A stretch of 64,000 bases of DNA from Heterodontus francisci. Its lineage: Eukaryota. The stretch spans positions 40,332,430 to 40,396,429 of the forward strand of contig NC_090399.1 in the NCBI RefSeq assembly GCF_036365525.1. Direction: 5' to 3'. Shown here piece by piece: positions 49,548 to 62,184 of the stretch; position 1 is the first letter of the stretch, and each line of letters starts with the position of its first letter. Below the pieces are notes generated by a model. The model was given only the letters and a program-made list of their open reading frames with translations. It was not told the DNA's origin and did not search any database. The translations under genes were made by a program, and so were the position numbers.

Positions 49548-51099
49548 TAAGGGTTTGACACAATCCATAAGAAGCGGTTCATCAGCAGCATGTATCGGTA
49601 TCAATGGGGCTGGCTTAATCGGCAGCTGTGTCTTCCCTGATACCTAACATGTATGACAAGTTCTGCGAATTTCAACCACACCTTTATACAAACCCGGTCA
49701 ATAAAAATGCTGTCTTATCCTGGCCAGAGTTTTTCGAATAACCACATGACCTGCCGCTGGGATCTCATGGGCAATTCTTAAAGTTTGAACAACAGCCTGA
49801 TGAACTATAGCCAAATTCTTAAGAGCAGACCTCTAGGCAGCTTTCCACTTTCTCATTAGAATTTCACTCTTGACATAACAACACTCGGGCACCTTTTCAG
49901 CTTCTGCCTCGGTACACACCATTTGAGACAAACTTCTTAAGTCAGGGTCTACCTGTTGTGCCTCAATCAAAGACGATCTGCTAAACAATTCACCATTGCT
50001 AACCTTGAAGTCTTTTCCATCAATATCCCCTTCCGAACCCTTGAAAAAAGTTTCAGCCAAGGAAACATCCGAATTGTCCTCCACAACAGCTGAATGCTTC
50101 TCACCTTGTTTAATTTTATGAGCCTGGGATCTTGTCAGCACTCAATATGGTATTATTCCAGGAAATTCCTACTGCAAAACTTCGGTTTCAGCAACCTCAA
50201 CTGGCTTTTCTGGAACTACTGGAGACACCAATACATTATCCCAGCTAAGTCATTACCTTGCAATAAGTCCACCACTTCAATGTGCAAATCGGGGATGATT
50301 CCCACTGTTACTGGACCGGTGACTAAATGACATTGCAAATTAACCTTATGCAATGGAACAGATAAATAACCCCTTTCAATACCCCGCACTATGACTTTGA
50401 CTTTCATTATGCTACTCGGGGGGGGGGGGGGGGGAAAACTTGCATCCTTTGCTACCATTAATGACTGGGTTACCTTTGTATCAGCATAATCAGTTTGCCT
50501 GCCTCATTGACAAATATGGGGACACCTTACACCTGAACAGAAAACTTCTATAGCCTTCATGGACCTGACTTAATTCCTTAACACACCTCTGTTCACTATC
50601 CAACATCGCCAAAGCTACTGGCTTGTCAGCAGTGCTACCTATTGTGGCATCCTTTTCAGGACAGGCTTTTGATAAACCTACCACAGCTACCAATTTGCCT
50701 TTTAACTTCCAGCATTCTGATTTTATATGCCCTTTTATTACAAAAATATCATATTGGTCTTTTTGCCTCAACCCTAGTCTCCTGAATCTTTTTTAGCACC
50801 TGTTTGCCTGTATCCTCTCCTTTACACTTTCTCACAAAAACCAAATCTCTTCTCATTATCAACCCTCCTATCTTTCTAATTTCTCTGAAGGTTTCAAAAC
50901 TGAGGTCTGTAACTACACCTTTTTTGGGTCAATTCGTAATCATCTGCCATTGCTGCGGTATTCCTTATTTTACCAACTTTATTCCTCAGTGGGACCATAT
51001 TCTTGAAGGGATACTATTTTTAATTCGTTCATTAGGATTACATCCCCAAGGCTTTCTCAATCCTCATGGACCTATACCATCAATCAAATAACATTTTCA

Positions 51100-51299
51100 N
51101 NNNNNNNNNNNNNNNNNNNNNNNNNNNNNNNNNNNNNNNNNNNNNNNNNNNNNNNNNNNNNNNNNNNNNNNNNNNNNNNNNNNNNNNNNNNNNNNNNNNN
51201 NNNNNNNNNNNNNNNNNNNNNNNNNNNNNNNNNNNNNNNNNNNNNNNNNNNNNNNNNNNNNNNNNNNNNNNNNNNNNNNNNNNNNNNNNNNNNNNNNNN
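51100..51299. other. Assembly gap (200 N)
   Basis: Run of N. The flanks belong to different elements (Gypsy gag versus CR1 EN). Confidence 1.
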
Positions 51300-54200
51300 T
51301 TTTAGTAACCTTTTGTTGATCTTGAAAAGTTTCCCAATCTTCCAGCCTGTCACTGGCCTTTGCAATATGGTCTGCCTTAGTTTTTGTCTTTATGATATCC
51401 TTAACTTCCTGGCTGAACCATAGATGCTTTTTCCCCCTCTTAGAATCTTTCTTCCTCTCTGGAATATATTTTAGTTGGGAGGAATTGAATATCTCCTTAA
51501 ATATCTGCCACTGCTCATGAACTGTCCTATCTTGTAGTCTTCCTGCCCAGTCAACTGGGGCCAAATCTGTCCTCATGCCTATATAATTAGCTTTGTTTAA
51601 CTCCAGAACGCTCGTGTGGGAGTCCAGCTTCTCGCCCTCAAACTGAATTTGAAATTCTAGCGTGCTATGATCACTTTTCCCTCGAGGATCCTTAACAATG
51701 AGATCATCATGTAGGAGACAGAGAGTGATGACAGACTGCTGTTTTAGTGACTGGAAGCCATTGTCCAGTGGCTTACCACAGGGATCTGTGCTGGGTCCCC
51801 TATTGTTTGTCATTTATATAAACGATATAGATGACTATATGGGGGGTAGGATCAGTAAGTTCGCGGATGACACAAAGATTGGCCGAGTGGTTAATAGTGA
51901 GGTGGAGTGTCTTAGGTTACAGGAAGATATAGACGGGATGGTCAAATGGCAGAAAAGTGGCAGATGGAATTTAACCCTGAAAAGTGTGAGGTGATACACT
52001 TTGGAAGGAGTAATGTGACACGGAAGTATTTAATGAATGGCCTGACACTGGGAAGTTCCGAGGAACAAAGGGAACTTGGCGTGTTTGTCCATAGATCTCT
52101 GAAGGCAGAAGGGCAGGTTAATAGGGTGGTGAAAAAGGCATATGGGACACTTGCCTTTATCAATCGAGGCATAGATTACAAAAGCAGGGAGGTCATGTTG
52201 GAGTTGTACAGAACTTTGGTAAGGCCACAGCTGGAGTACTGTGTGCAATTCTGGTCACCACATTATAGGAAGGATGTGCTTGCATTGGAGGGGATGCAGA
52301 GGCGATTCACCAGGATGTTGCCTGGGATGGAACATTTAAGCTATGAAGAGAGGTTGGATAGGCTTGGGTTGTTTTCACTGGAGCAGAGAAGACTGAGGGG
52401 TGACCTGATCGAGGTGTACAAGATTATGAGGGGCATGGACAGGGTGGATAGGGAGCAGCTGTTCCCCTTAGTTGAAGGGTCAGTTACGAGGGGTCACAAG
52501 TTTAAGGTGAGGGGCGGGAGGTTTAAGGGGGACTTGAAGAAGAACTTTTTTACCCAGAGGGTGGTGACGGTCTGGAACGCCCTGGCTGTGAGGGTGGTAG
52601 AGGCGGGTTGCCTCACATCCTTTAAAAAGTACCTGGATGAGCACTTGGCACGTCATAACATTCAAGGCTATGGGCCAAATGCTGGCAAATGGGATTAGGT
52701 AGACAGGTCAGGTGTTTTAATGCATCGGTGCAGACTCGATGGGCTGAAGGGCCTCTTCTGCACTGTATTATTCTGTGATTTATTAATCCCACCTCATTGC
52801 ACAATACCAAATCTAGAATAGCCTGCTCCCTGGTTGGTTCCACAACATATTGCTCCAAAAAACAATCTCTAATACATTCAATGGACTCTCCCTTGAGGCT
52901 ACCCTTGCTAATTTGACTAATCCAGTCTATATGCATATTAAAATCCCCCACGTTTATTGCCGTACCTTTCTTAAAGCCCCCATTTTTTCCTGGTTTATGC
53001 TGTGCCCTACTGCGGAACTACTGTTTGGGGACCTATAGATTACTACCACCAGTGACTTCTTTCCCTTGCTATTTCTTATTTCTACCCAGACTGATTCTAC
53101 ACCTTGATCTCCAGTGCCTATATCGTTTTTCACTGCAGCACTGATCTCTTCTTTCACTAACAAAGCTATGCCCTCTCCTTTTCCTTCCTGTCTATCCTTC
53201 TAAAATACTGCGCACCCTTAGATATTCAATTCTCAAGCTTGGTTTCCCTGCAACCATGTCTCAGTAATCGCCACTAATCATGCCCATTCGTCTCTATTTG
53301 CACTGTTAACTCATTTATTTTATTCCGAATGCTTCGTGAATTCAGATACAAAGCCTTTAAGTTTGTTCTGTTATTAAATTTCCCTACTCTTGTATGATTC
53401 CTTGGTGCAATATGATGTTCACACGTTCTGTCCCTTCCTTATATTTTCTGGTAACAATCAGCCTCACCACTAACCTGCACTCCTACCTTCTCCTTTAACT
53501 TCCTGTTTTTCCATGTAACTGAACCCTCTTTCCCTCCCCCCCCCCCCCCCCCCCCCCAACTATTTAGTTTAAAGCCCTATCTACAGCCCTAGTTATATGA
53601 TTCGCCAGGACTCTGGTTTCAGCATGATTTAGGTGGAGCCTGTCCCATCAGAACAGCTCCCTCCTTCCCCAGTACTGGTGCCAATGTCCTACAAATTCGA
53701 ACCCATTTCTTCCACACCAGTCTTTGAGCCACGCATTTAGCTCTTTAATCTTATTGACCCTTTGCCAATTTGCTCGTGGCTCAGGTAGTAATCCGGAGAT
53801 TATTACCTTTTTGGTTCTGCGTTTTAATTTAACACCTAGCTGTTCATATTCCCTCAGCAGAACCTCTATCCTCGTTCTACCTATATTGTTGGTACCTACG
53901 TGGACCACGACAACTGGACCTTTCCCCTCCCACTCCAAGTTCCTCTGCAGCGCAGATGAGATATCCCGAACCCTGGCACCAAGTAGGCAACAGAGTCTTC
54001 GGGACTCTCGATCCTGGCCAGAGAGAACAGTGTCTATTCCTCTAACTATACTATCCCTGATTACGACTACATTTTTCTTTTCTCCCCCCAATTGAATGGC
54101 TCCCTGTACCACGGTGCTGTGGTCAGTTTGCTCATCCTTCCAACAGTCCCTGCTCTAGTCCACACGGGGAGCAAGAATCTCGAACCTGTTGGACAAGGAC

Positions 54201-54750
54201 AATGGCTGAGGTTCCTGGAGCACTGCCTCCTGGATCCCTTTACCTGTCTCATTCATAGTCATACCCTCCTGTCGCTGACAACTGGCCAAATTCAAGGTAG
54301 TTAATCTAAGGGGTGTGACTGTCTCCTGAAACACAGCGTCCAGGTAACTCTCCCCCTCCCTGATGTGTTGCAGTGTCTGAAGCTCAGACTCCAGCTCATC
54401 AACTCTGAGCCGGAGTTCCTCGAACAGCCAACATTTGCTACAGATGTGGTCACCAGGAATCACAATGGGGGTCCACCAGCTCCCATATCATGCAGGTACA
54501 ACACATCACCTGCTCCTGCATCACTGTTTTATATAATTAGATTTTAATTTGTCATTTAATTTTCCAACTTGTCTTTAGTTTTTTTTAATCTGCTTTATTC
54601 TTTAGTTTATATACTTATAAATCAATCAAGTCTTACTCTATGTTGATTTGATTAAATTAAATTAAAAACTTAACTGAATACTCTTCCCAGCTGCTTTCTG
54701 TTTCTCTGCTCTCACCGTTCAATGTGATGTCACTCTGATGTCACTTTGAT
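51300..54750 (-). mobile_element. CR1 LINE 5' half including ORF1 (zinc finger/leucine zipper plus SGNH esterase-like domain)
   Basis: CSKCWLFEELRLRVDELESELQTL (54155-54463); VVVIRDSIVRGID...VVVVHVGTNNIG (53648-54112); EN motifs GDFNMHIDW and SDH. Confidence 0.88.
51710..52780 (+). mobile_element. CR1 3' fragment nested in the previous element (family of 1802-5205)
   Basis: GLPQGSVLGP, FADDTK and PQLEYCVQFWSP; ATTCTGTGATT tail. Confidence 0.9.
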
Positions 54751-54760
54751 TTTTCCCCGG

Positions 54761-54940
54761 CTCCTCGGGCTCTGCTCCTCTCTGTCTCTCTCCCACACAG
54801 ATTTTGGCATGCTTTTTCAAACCTCCGGTCCTGTTGCTCCTCAGGCTCTGCTCCTCTCTGTCTCTCTCCCACACAGATTTTGGCATGCTTTTTCAAACCT
54901 CCGGTCCTGTTGCTCCTCGGGCTCCGCTCCTCTCTGTCTC
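54761..54940 (+). repeat. 76-bp tandem repeat (~2.4 copies) at the CR1 5' end
   Basis: CTCCTC.GGCTCTGCTCCTCTCTGTCTCTCTCCCACACAG... restarts at 54761, 54837 and 54913. Confidence 0.85.
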
Positions 54941-55789
54941 TTAATTTCAACACTGAGCTTTGAGACTGGCCCTCTGGAGATGGCTGCTCCTTAGCTGTCG
55001 GAGGCTGGAGATATCCTGGGGGAGGGGGTTAAAGACCCCTGGAAACATCTCACCCTGGACATGGACTCCTGTCAGCTGTTCAGTTTCCTTAAGGGAATCG
55101 AAATAGCCGGAGTTTTCCCTGAATTTGGTCATTGGGGTTTCGAGTTGTTGCTTCCCCAGGATCAGTATTGTGGTGTTTGGGAAGGGGGACTGATGGGTTT
55201 TGCTGGTGTTTGTGGGGCTGTGCTGGGTCTGGTGTAATTTCCTTGCTCTGTAACCATTTATTTATTTCTCTTTCCCCAGCGGCCTCCGTGTCCCGGCTGG
55301 TATTCCAGAGACTTCAGTTCCCCGACATTAGCGGGAGCAGTGGATGAGAGTATCAGGCAGTGTGTGATTTCATTGCGGTGACAGCAAGTGACTGATGGTG
55401 GCTCCAAATCTGAGACTCGGGGTGGGGGGGGGGTGGCTGCAGGGGGGTGGTGGGTGGGCGTGGGAGGTGGTGTTTGTGTCTAGAGTGGGAGGGGGGTGCA
55501 TGGGAGTGGGGGGTGTTTGAGTGTCTAGAGTGTGCTGTCTGCTCCTCCAGTCTGTCCCACAGACTGAGATCAGGAGGGGTTGGCTTATCACTGCGGGATC
55601 AGATAATTTTGCAGGGGGAAGGGGTGGGTTGGGTTGTGCTTTGCAAACCAGGATCTGTTCCTGTAATTTTGTCTTCCTTGCAATTTCCACAATAAATGAG
55701 GCTGATTTCCCACTTTCTGTCTCTGTCTGTCCTCAGTTCAAAACTAACTTTTTTTTATTTGTTCTTGGGATATGGGTGTTGCTGGCTAG

Positions 55790-56165
55790 GTAGATAATGT
55801 GGTTCAGAAGGCATATGGGGTACTTGCCTTTATTAGCCAAGGCATAGAATATAAGAGCAGGGAGGTTATGATGGAGCTGTATAAAATGCTAGTGTACAGT
55901 TCTGGGCACCACATTCTAGGAAGGGTGTGATTGCACTGGAGAGGGTGCAGAGGAGATTCACCAGGATGTTGCCTGGACTGGAGCATTTCAGCTATGAAGA
56001 GAGACTGAAAAGGCTAAGGTTGTTTTCCTTAGAACAGAGAAGGATGAGGGGGGACATGATTGAGGTATACAAAATTATGAGGGGCATTGATAGATTAGAT
56101 AAGAAGAGACTTTCTCCCTTAGCGGAGAGGTCAATAACCAGGGAGCATAGATTTAAGGTAAGGTT
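55790..56165 (+). mobile_element. CR1 3' fragment
   Basis: ALERVQRRFTRMLPG and RGDMIEVYKIMRG. Confidence 0.85.
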
Positions 56166-56192
56166 TTCTGTGCTGTATAACTCTTGACAACT

Positions 56193-56540
56193 TTTATTGC
56201 CCATCCCTAATTGCCCTTGAACTGAGTGGCTTGCTAGGCCATTTCAAAGGGCATTTAAGAGTCAACCACATTGCTGTGGGTCTGGAGTCACATGTAGGCC
56301 AGACCAGGTAATGCCAGCAGATTTCCTTCTCTAAAGGACATTAGTGAACCAGATGGGTTTTTATAACAATAGTTTCATGGCCATCGTTGAACTCTCTCTC
56401 TTTTAATTCCAGATTTTTGTTAATTGAATTCAAATTCCACCTTCTGTTGTTGTGGGATTTGAACCCATGTCCCCAAAGCAATACCCCGAATCTCTGGGTT
56501 ACTAATCTAGTGACAATACCAGTATGCCACCACCTCCCCA
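56193..56540 (-). mobile_element. tRNA-derived SINE sharing both ends with the LINE at 5701-8910
   Basis: Minus strand: A-box-like GGTGGCATACTGGT, B-box GGGTTCAAATCCC, a body matching 5701-5970, then AAGGGCAATTAGGGATGGGCAATAAA matching the LINE 3' end. Confidence 0.85.
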
Positions 56541-57187
56541 TAACCAGTGTACCTGAGATGGGAAACCTTTTGTGTCTTTTAAGGATGAAATTGCCAGCAA
56601 TCCACATCAAAAGGAAATAATAAATAAGAAGCCAGCACTGATTTCAAAAGGGAAGATGGTTTTGGCTAAAGTGCCGAGCATTCTCTGAGGAGCTCACAGA
56701 CATAGTGATGGGGAAATGGGGAGGATGTCGTGCACATGGACTTTAACAAGGCCTTTGACAAGTTACCACACAGGGAAGTATTAGAGAGGAGTAAATGAGC
56801 ATTTTACATCTATCTTCACAAAGGAAGACTTTAGCCGGATCACAATGTCTGTGCAACGTACCAGCCCATCATTCCAGGTTAGGACCTGGAATGCAGGAAG
56901 CTGACAAGTAACCTTCGAGACCCTGTCCAGCTCCACCTCCCCAAGCAGTGATTCCTGACTTTGACAACCCACAACAGATCGGGTTGGTGGGACATTTCAG
57001 GCACTTCCATGTGGAAGTGAATCACTCTGGATGCTTGGATGAGGTAAGGCAATATAAACAAAATGGCCCCATTTTAAAGTGGGTGCAGGAATGGAGAGAC
57101 CTGAGGCTGTCTGTACACAAATCTGTGAAGGTGTCAGGACAAGTTAAGAACGGCTCTTAGAAATGCATCAGGCTCCTGGGCTTTACA

Positions 57188-57830
57188 GAGTCAGCTGTGG
57201 ATCAGTGGGTAACCCACTCACTGCTGAGTCAGAAGGTAGTGGTTTGTAGAAATTCCAGTGACTGGAGCACAAAGATGTCGGCTGACAAGGGAGCGGTGGG
57301 AGGGTCAGCGCCGAGGGAGTGCTGCGCGGTGGGAGAGTGAGCGCTGCACGGTGGGTGGGTCTGTGCCGAGAGTGCACTGCACGGTGGGTGGGTCTATGCC
57401 GAGGATGCACTGCGCGGTGGGAGGGTCTGTGCCGAGGGTGCACTGCATGGTGGGAGGTTCAGTGCTGCACGGTGGGAGGGTCAGGGCTGAGGGAGCGCCG
57501 CACAATGCAAGGGTCAGAGCTGCATGGTGGGAGGGTCCGTGCTGCAAGGTGGGAGATGCTGTCTTCAGATGGGACATTAAACCAAGGTCCTGTCTGCCCC
57601 TACAGGCAGATGTAAAAGATCCCATGGCACTATTTCGTGGAAGAATTGTCTCCTGGCCAATATTTGTCCTTCAATCAGCATCACTAAAAATAAACAGGTG
57701 ATCTGGTCAGTATCACATTGTTGTTTGTGGGATCTTCTGTACACAATGGGATGTTGTGTTTCCCACATTACAACATTGACTACACTAAAAAAGTACTTTA
57801 TTGGCTGTGCCTATGTGGTGAGGTCACTTC
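57188..57830 (+). mobile_element. SacSINE1/Deu-domain-type SINE with an internal ~33-bp minisatellite (57295-57555)
   Basis: Deu-domain-like GATCCCATGGCACTATTTCG...CCTGGCCAATATTT...ATCACATTG.TGTTTGTGGGA...CATTACAACA.TGACTACACT. Confidence 0.75.
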
Positions 57831-58589
57831 TGGACATTGACAAGATGGCAGCTGAAGAGGGTAGTGATGGTCATATTACTTACCAATTTAAAATTAAATA
57901 ACAGTAAATTCTTCCACTGTGTTTTGCTTGTATGTGATTTTTTTTATAATTAATGGCCTTAACCTGTGTTTTAGTTATCATGTCCTATTTAACAATTAAC
58001 CACAGCTATGCACCTCATGCACTCCTTAACCACAACCAATTAAACAATTAAGTTATTTCATTAGCCAGTGTCTTTGTTATTTTCAGTTTAACAAATCAAA
58101 ATAAAAGTATTCCCAACATATTGCTTATCAGGTCAAATTTAACAATTAACTGAAACTTTATGGCCCTATGCATAAGTTAACATGTGCAAAAATTAATTGG
58201 TATGTTATACCCTATGTATTTAACAGGTCTAGTTTAATAATTAACTTTATTTGCTCATGTATTGATTATGATCAAATAACTTACTGAACTTGATTGTCAA
58301 GTGCATTAGTTATAAGGTCCAATTAAATTAGTATCTGTAACTTTATTCCCCTGTGTATTGATTATCAAGCCCAATATAACAAACTACAACATTATTCTAC
58401 TGTATATTGGTATCAAGTCTGGTTTAACAATTAACTGCAGCATTACATCCTTGTGTGTTAGTTATCAGGTACAATTTCACAATTAACTGTAACTTCATTC
58501 CCTTGTGTATTGGTTATGAAGACCAATTTAACAATTAACTGTAACCTTATTCCCAGGTGCATTTTAGCAAGCTCAATGCAAGGTAAATA

Positions 58590-58915
58590 TAAGTTTTCTG
58601 TGTTAGTTTTTTTGAAAAGTATCCACTGGTTTTTGTATGCCTGATTCATCATCTTGTAACAGGACTGCACTGACTCCAAGGTCACTATCATCAATCACTA
58701 CCTTGAAGGACTTAGTGAAATTTGGAGAAGCTAACACTGGTTCATTAGTCAAAATGGCTTGAAGCTTTTCAAAAGATGCTTGGCACTCCACTGACCACAT
58801 TATCTTGGTTGTCCTTTTCTGTAGTAGATCTGTTAGTGGAGCATCTACAGTACTGATATTTGGTACAAACTTTCTGTAGAAACCACACATCCCAAAAAAA
58901 CTCATGATTTCGTCT
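58590..58915 (-). mobile_element. Gypsy RT-connection/RNase H fragment
   Basis: FFGMCGFYRKFVPN...EPVLASPNFTKSFKVVIDDSDLGVSAVLLQ. Confidence 0.85.
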
Positions 58916-59296
58916 TATGGGTAAGGAACTGCATCAAGGTCATAATGTCCAATTAAACAATGAATTGTAGCCATTTTTTTCCTGTAAGTTGCTATCAAAT
59001 GCAATATAACAACTAACTTCACACCCCATATATGAGTTATCATGCCCAATATAACAACAACTGGATCTTTATTCCACTGGGTCTCAGTTATCAATCCCAA
59101 ATTGGAAATTATCTATAAATTTATTCTCCTGTGCTATATTTGGTTTAATACTAATACAATTAGATCTAACTTTTTGAGATGAGTTAGTTATGAGGCACAA
59201 TTTAAAAATTAAATGTAACTTTAATCTTTAGGCATTGGATATCATGTCCAGTTGTGCAATTCAATGTAACCATATTCTCCTGTGTATTGTTTGTTG

Positions 59297-60065
59297 TCTC
59301 TCGATGCAGAAATCGACAAGTGCATGGGAAAGGCTTCCTCTGCTATGTCCAGACTGGCCAAGAGGGTGTGGGAAAATGGCGCACTGACACAGAACACAAA
59401 AGTCCGAGTGTATCAAGTCTGTGTCCTCAATACCTTGCTGTACGGCAACGAGGCCTGGACAACGTATGTCAGCCAAGAGAGACGTCTCAATTCATTCCAT
59501 CTTCACTGCCTCCACAGAATCCTTGGCATCAGGTGGCAGGACGATATCTCCAACACAGAAGTCCTCGAGGCAGCCAACATCCCTAGCATATACATCCCAC
59601 TGAGCCAGCGGCGCTTGAGATGGCTTGGCCATGTGAGCCGCATGGAAGATGGCAGGATCCCCAAGGACACATTGTACAGCGAGCTCCTCACTAATATCAG
59701 ACCCACCGGACGTCCATGTCTCCGCTTTAAAGACGTCTGCAAATGTGACATGAAGTCCTGTGACATTGGTCACAAGACGTGGGAGTCAGTTGCCAGTGAT
59801 CGCCAGAGCTGGCGGGCAGCCTTAAAGGCGGGGCTAAAGTGTGGCGAGTCGAAGAGACTTAGCAGTTGGAAGGAAAAAAGACAGAAGCACAAGGAGAGAG
59901 CCAACTGTGTAACAGCCCTGACAACCAATTTTATCCGCAGCCCCTGTGGAAGAGCCTGTCACTCCAGAATTGGCCTTTATAGCCACTCCAGGCGCTGCTT
60001 CACAAACCAATGACCACCTCCAGGCACTTACCCATTGTCTCTCGAGACAAAGAGGCCAAAGAAGA
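59297..60065 (+). mobile_element. RTE 3' fragment, ATTGTTTGTTG TSD
   Basis: RTE C-terminal ORF 59282-60013. The 11-bp duplication is at 59286-59296 and 60066-60076. Confidence 0.92.
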
Positions 60066-62184
60066 ATTGTTTGTTGAGCTCAAATAAATAATTAAACTGT
60101 ACCTCATTCCCAATTCCCTTGTATGAAGCCCAATATAACAATCAACGGTACTTTATTTCCTGTGTTTTAGTTATCAAGCACAATAAGCAATTAATTGTAA
60201 CCTTACACCCTGTGCATTTGTTATTAGGACTGATTTAATAATGAATAGCAACTTTTCTCCCTTGCACAATAATGTAACATTGTTACATTATTTCCCTGTT
60301 TATTGGTTATCATGCCCAATTTAACAATTGACTTTAACTGTCTTTTTATCAAGTCCAGTGGAACAATTAACTGTACCATTTTGTCCTGTGTACTAATTAT
60401 AAACTCCAATTTTACAGTAAACTTACATCTATTCCCTTGTGCATTGGTTGCCATGTCCAATTAAACAATTATTTGTAACCTTACTCTCCTATGAATGGTT
60501 ATCAAACACAATATAACCGATTAACAGTAACTTTATCCACCATTTCTGAGTTACCAAGCCCAATTTAAGAATTGGAACTTTATTTCACTGTGTGTCACTT
60601 ATCAAGCCTAATTTGACAATTAAAAGTATTTTTATTCCCCTGTTGCACTGTTTTCAAGCCCAATAAAACAATTAGAACTAACTTTGTCATGTTAGGACAG
60701 ATTTTAAAATGAAGTTTCAATTTGTTATTCTATTTGTTGTTATCAGGTCCAATTAAACTATTAACTGCAACCTTATTCCTGTGCATTTTGTTAACAAGAC
60801 CAATTTAACAATTACACCGATTTATTCCTTTCAATCGTGGTTATTATGCCCAGTGAGGAAATTAAGTGACTTGTTTTTTTTCTGAGTATTGGTTGTTCAG
60901 ACCAATTCAACAATTAATTGTAGCTTTCTACCAACATGCACTCGTATTCACAATCTATCAATCAACTCAATATTAAGAGATTTCTTTTTATGCAACTGAA
61001 CAATGAGCTAACTGTAACTTTCTGTCCCTACATACTGTTTATCCTAATTTAATATAACAAATGCAATTTTATGCATATCAAAGATAACTATCTTTTCCCA
61101 CATGTAACGCTTACCCTGACCAATTTTCTAGTTAACTGCAATGTTCTTAACCTGTGTATTATTTATCCTGTTCAATTTAACAATCAACTGTGGCTATTTT
61201 CACTATGCAGTCATTATTGTAACCAATTTAAGAATTAACAAATTTGATTAGCCTGTTCTGTTCAATTGAACAATTAACCTAAATTTTATTCCCTTGCATA
61301 TTGTTTATCATGTCCAATTTAGCAATTGACAGCTTTAACCTGTGTGTTGGTTATTAATCCCAATTTAGCAAGAACTTGAACTTTATTCCACAGTTACCAA
61401 GCTGAAACTTGCATTTAACTGTAACCTTATTCCCCGTGTATTGTTATCCAGATCAATTTTGCAATTAACTGGAAACTTATACCCCTGTGTATAGTTATCA
61501 AGACCAATATAACAATTAGCTCTAACTTTATTATATTGCTTATTCATTATTCTTGGTAATTAAACAATCAACAGTGACTTTCTCAACTGTGTATTGGTTT
61601 TTAAGTACAGTTTAACAATTAACTATAACTTTTTCTCCGAAATGCTAGTTATCACATCCAATTTTACAATTAACTGCACCTTAATTCTCTTGTCCATGGT
61701 AATCATCTTAAATTAAAGAATTAATTGTAAACTTATTCTCCTATGAATTGTTATCAGTGCCAATTTGACAATTAACTGTAACCATATTCACCTGTTTCTT
61801 GTTTATCAAGCTCAAATAAACAATCAACTGTAATTTTATTCTCACACGTATTGTACCAAACCCAATATTTCAACTAACTGTAACTTTATTTCCTGTGAAT
61901 TAGTTATCAAGCACAATAAACAATTGTGGCCTTATACACTGTTCATTTGTTGCTAGATACTATTTAATAATTAACAGTAACTGTATTCAGTTATGTATTG
62001 GTTATCATGTCCAATTGAACCATTAACTGTGACCTTATTCTGTTGTGTATGAGTTATCAATCCCAATGGAACAGCACCTGTAAATATTGATGAAAATAGA
62101 GACATGTTGTCCATGCTTTTCGTCTTGCACTCATCAGGATAATCGCAAGAAGAAACAATGGAAGGGAAAACAACAACTTATACT

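Larger units (their letters stand above)
29480..51099 (-). mobile_element. Degenerate Gmr1-like Gypsy LTR retrotransposon (outer host; pieces ~29480-29625, 33741-34960, 35775-35930, 37089-38590, 43030-43548, 49548-51099)
   Basis: Minus-strand order: gag knuckle GHIKSECWKL (~50720), protease region (GNDLAG, ~50240), integrase (MDCVKPL|PTTKSGHK, STGFSPSELVNGHEVRGPL), then RT (VMPFGMKN, YLDDLLV, 37467-37712) and RNase H. The putative 3' LTR from TGTAATAC (29480) to ~34696 is followed by a PPT-like TCTCTCCC; its boundaries are tentative. Confidence 0.7.
57900..62085 (+). repeat. Old AT-rich ~51-bp satellite array interrupted by Gypsy and RTE fragments
   Basis: Dozens of diverged copies of CCAATTTAACAATTAACTGTAAC(C/T)TTATTCCC(C)TGTGTATTGGTTATCAAG. 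Confidence 0.9.

Noticed and set aside
53648-54112. Host SGNH/GDSL esterase gene
   Set aside because: Positioned and oriented as ORF1 of a CR1 LINE, directly upstream of its endonuclease.
55160-55237. Hydrophobic stretch GLMGFAGVCGAVLGLV after a CCCCAG acceptor as the MHC TM exon
   Set aside because: It would need phase 0 whereas alpha3 ends in phase 1; it is short, lacks a basic stop-transfer, and ends directly in a stop.
57900-62085. Repeat-spacer (CRISPR-like) reading of the AT-rich array
   Set aside because: The variable parts are homologous between units, so this is a decayed satellite.
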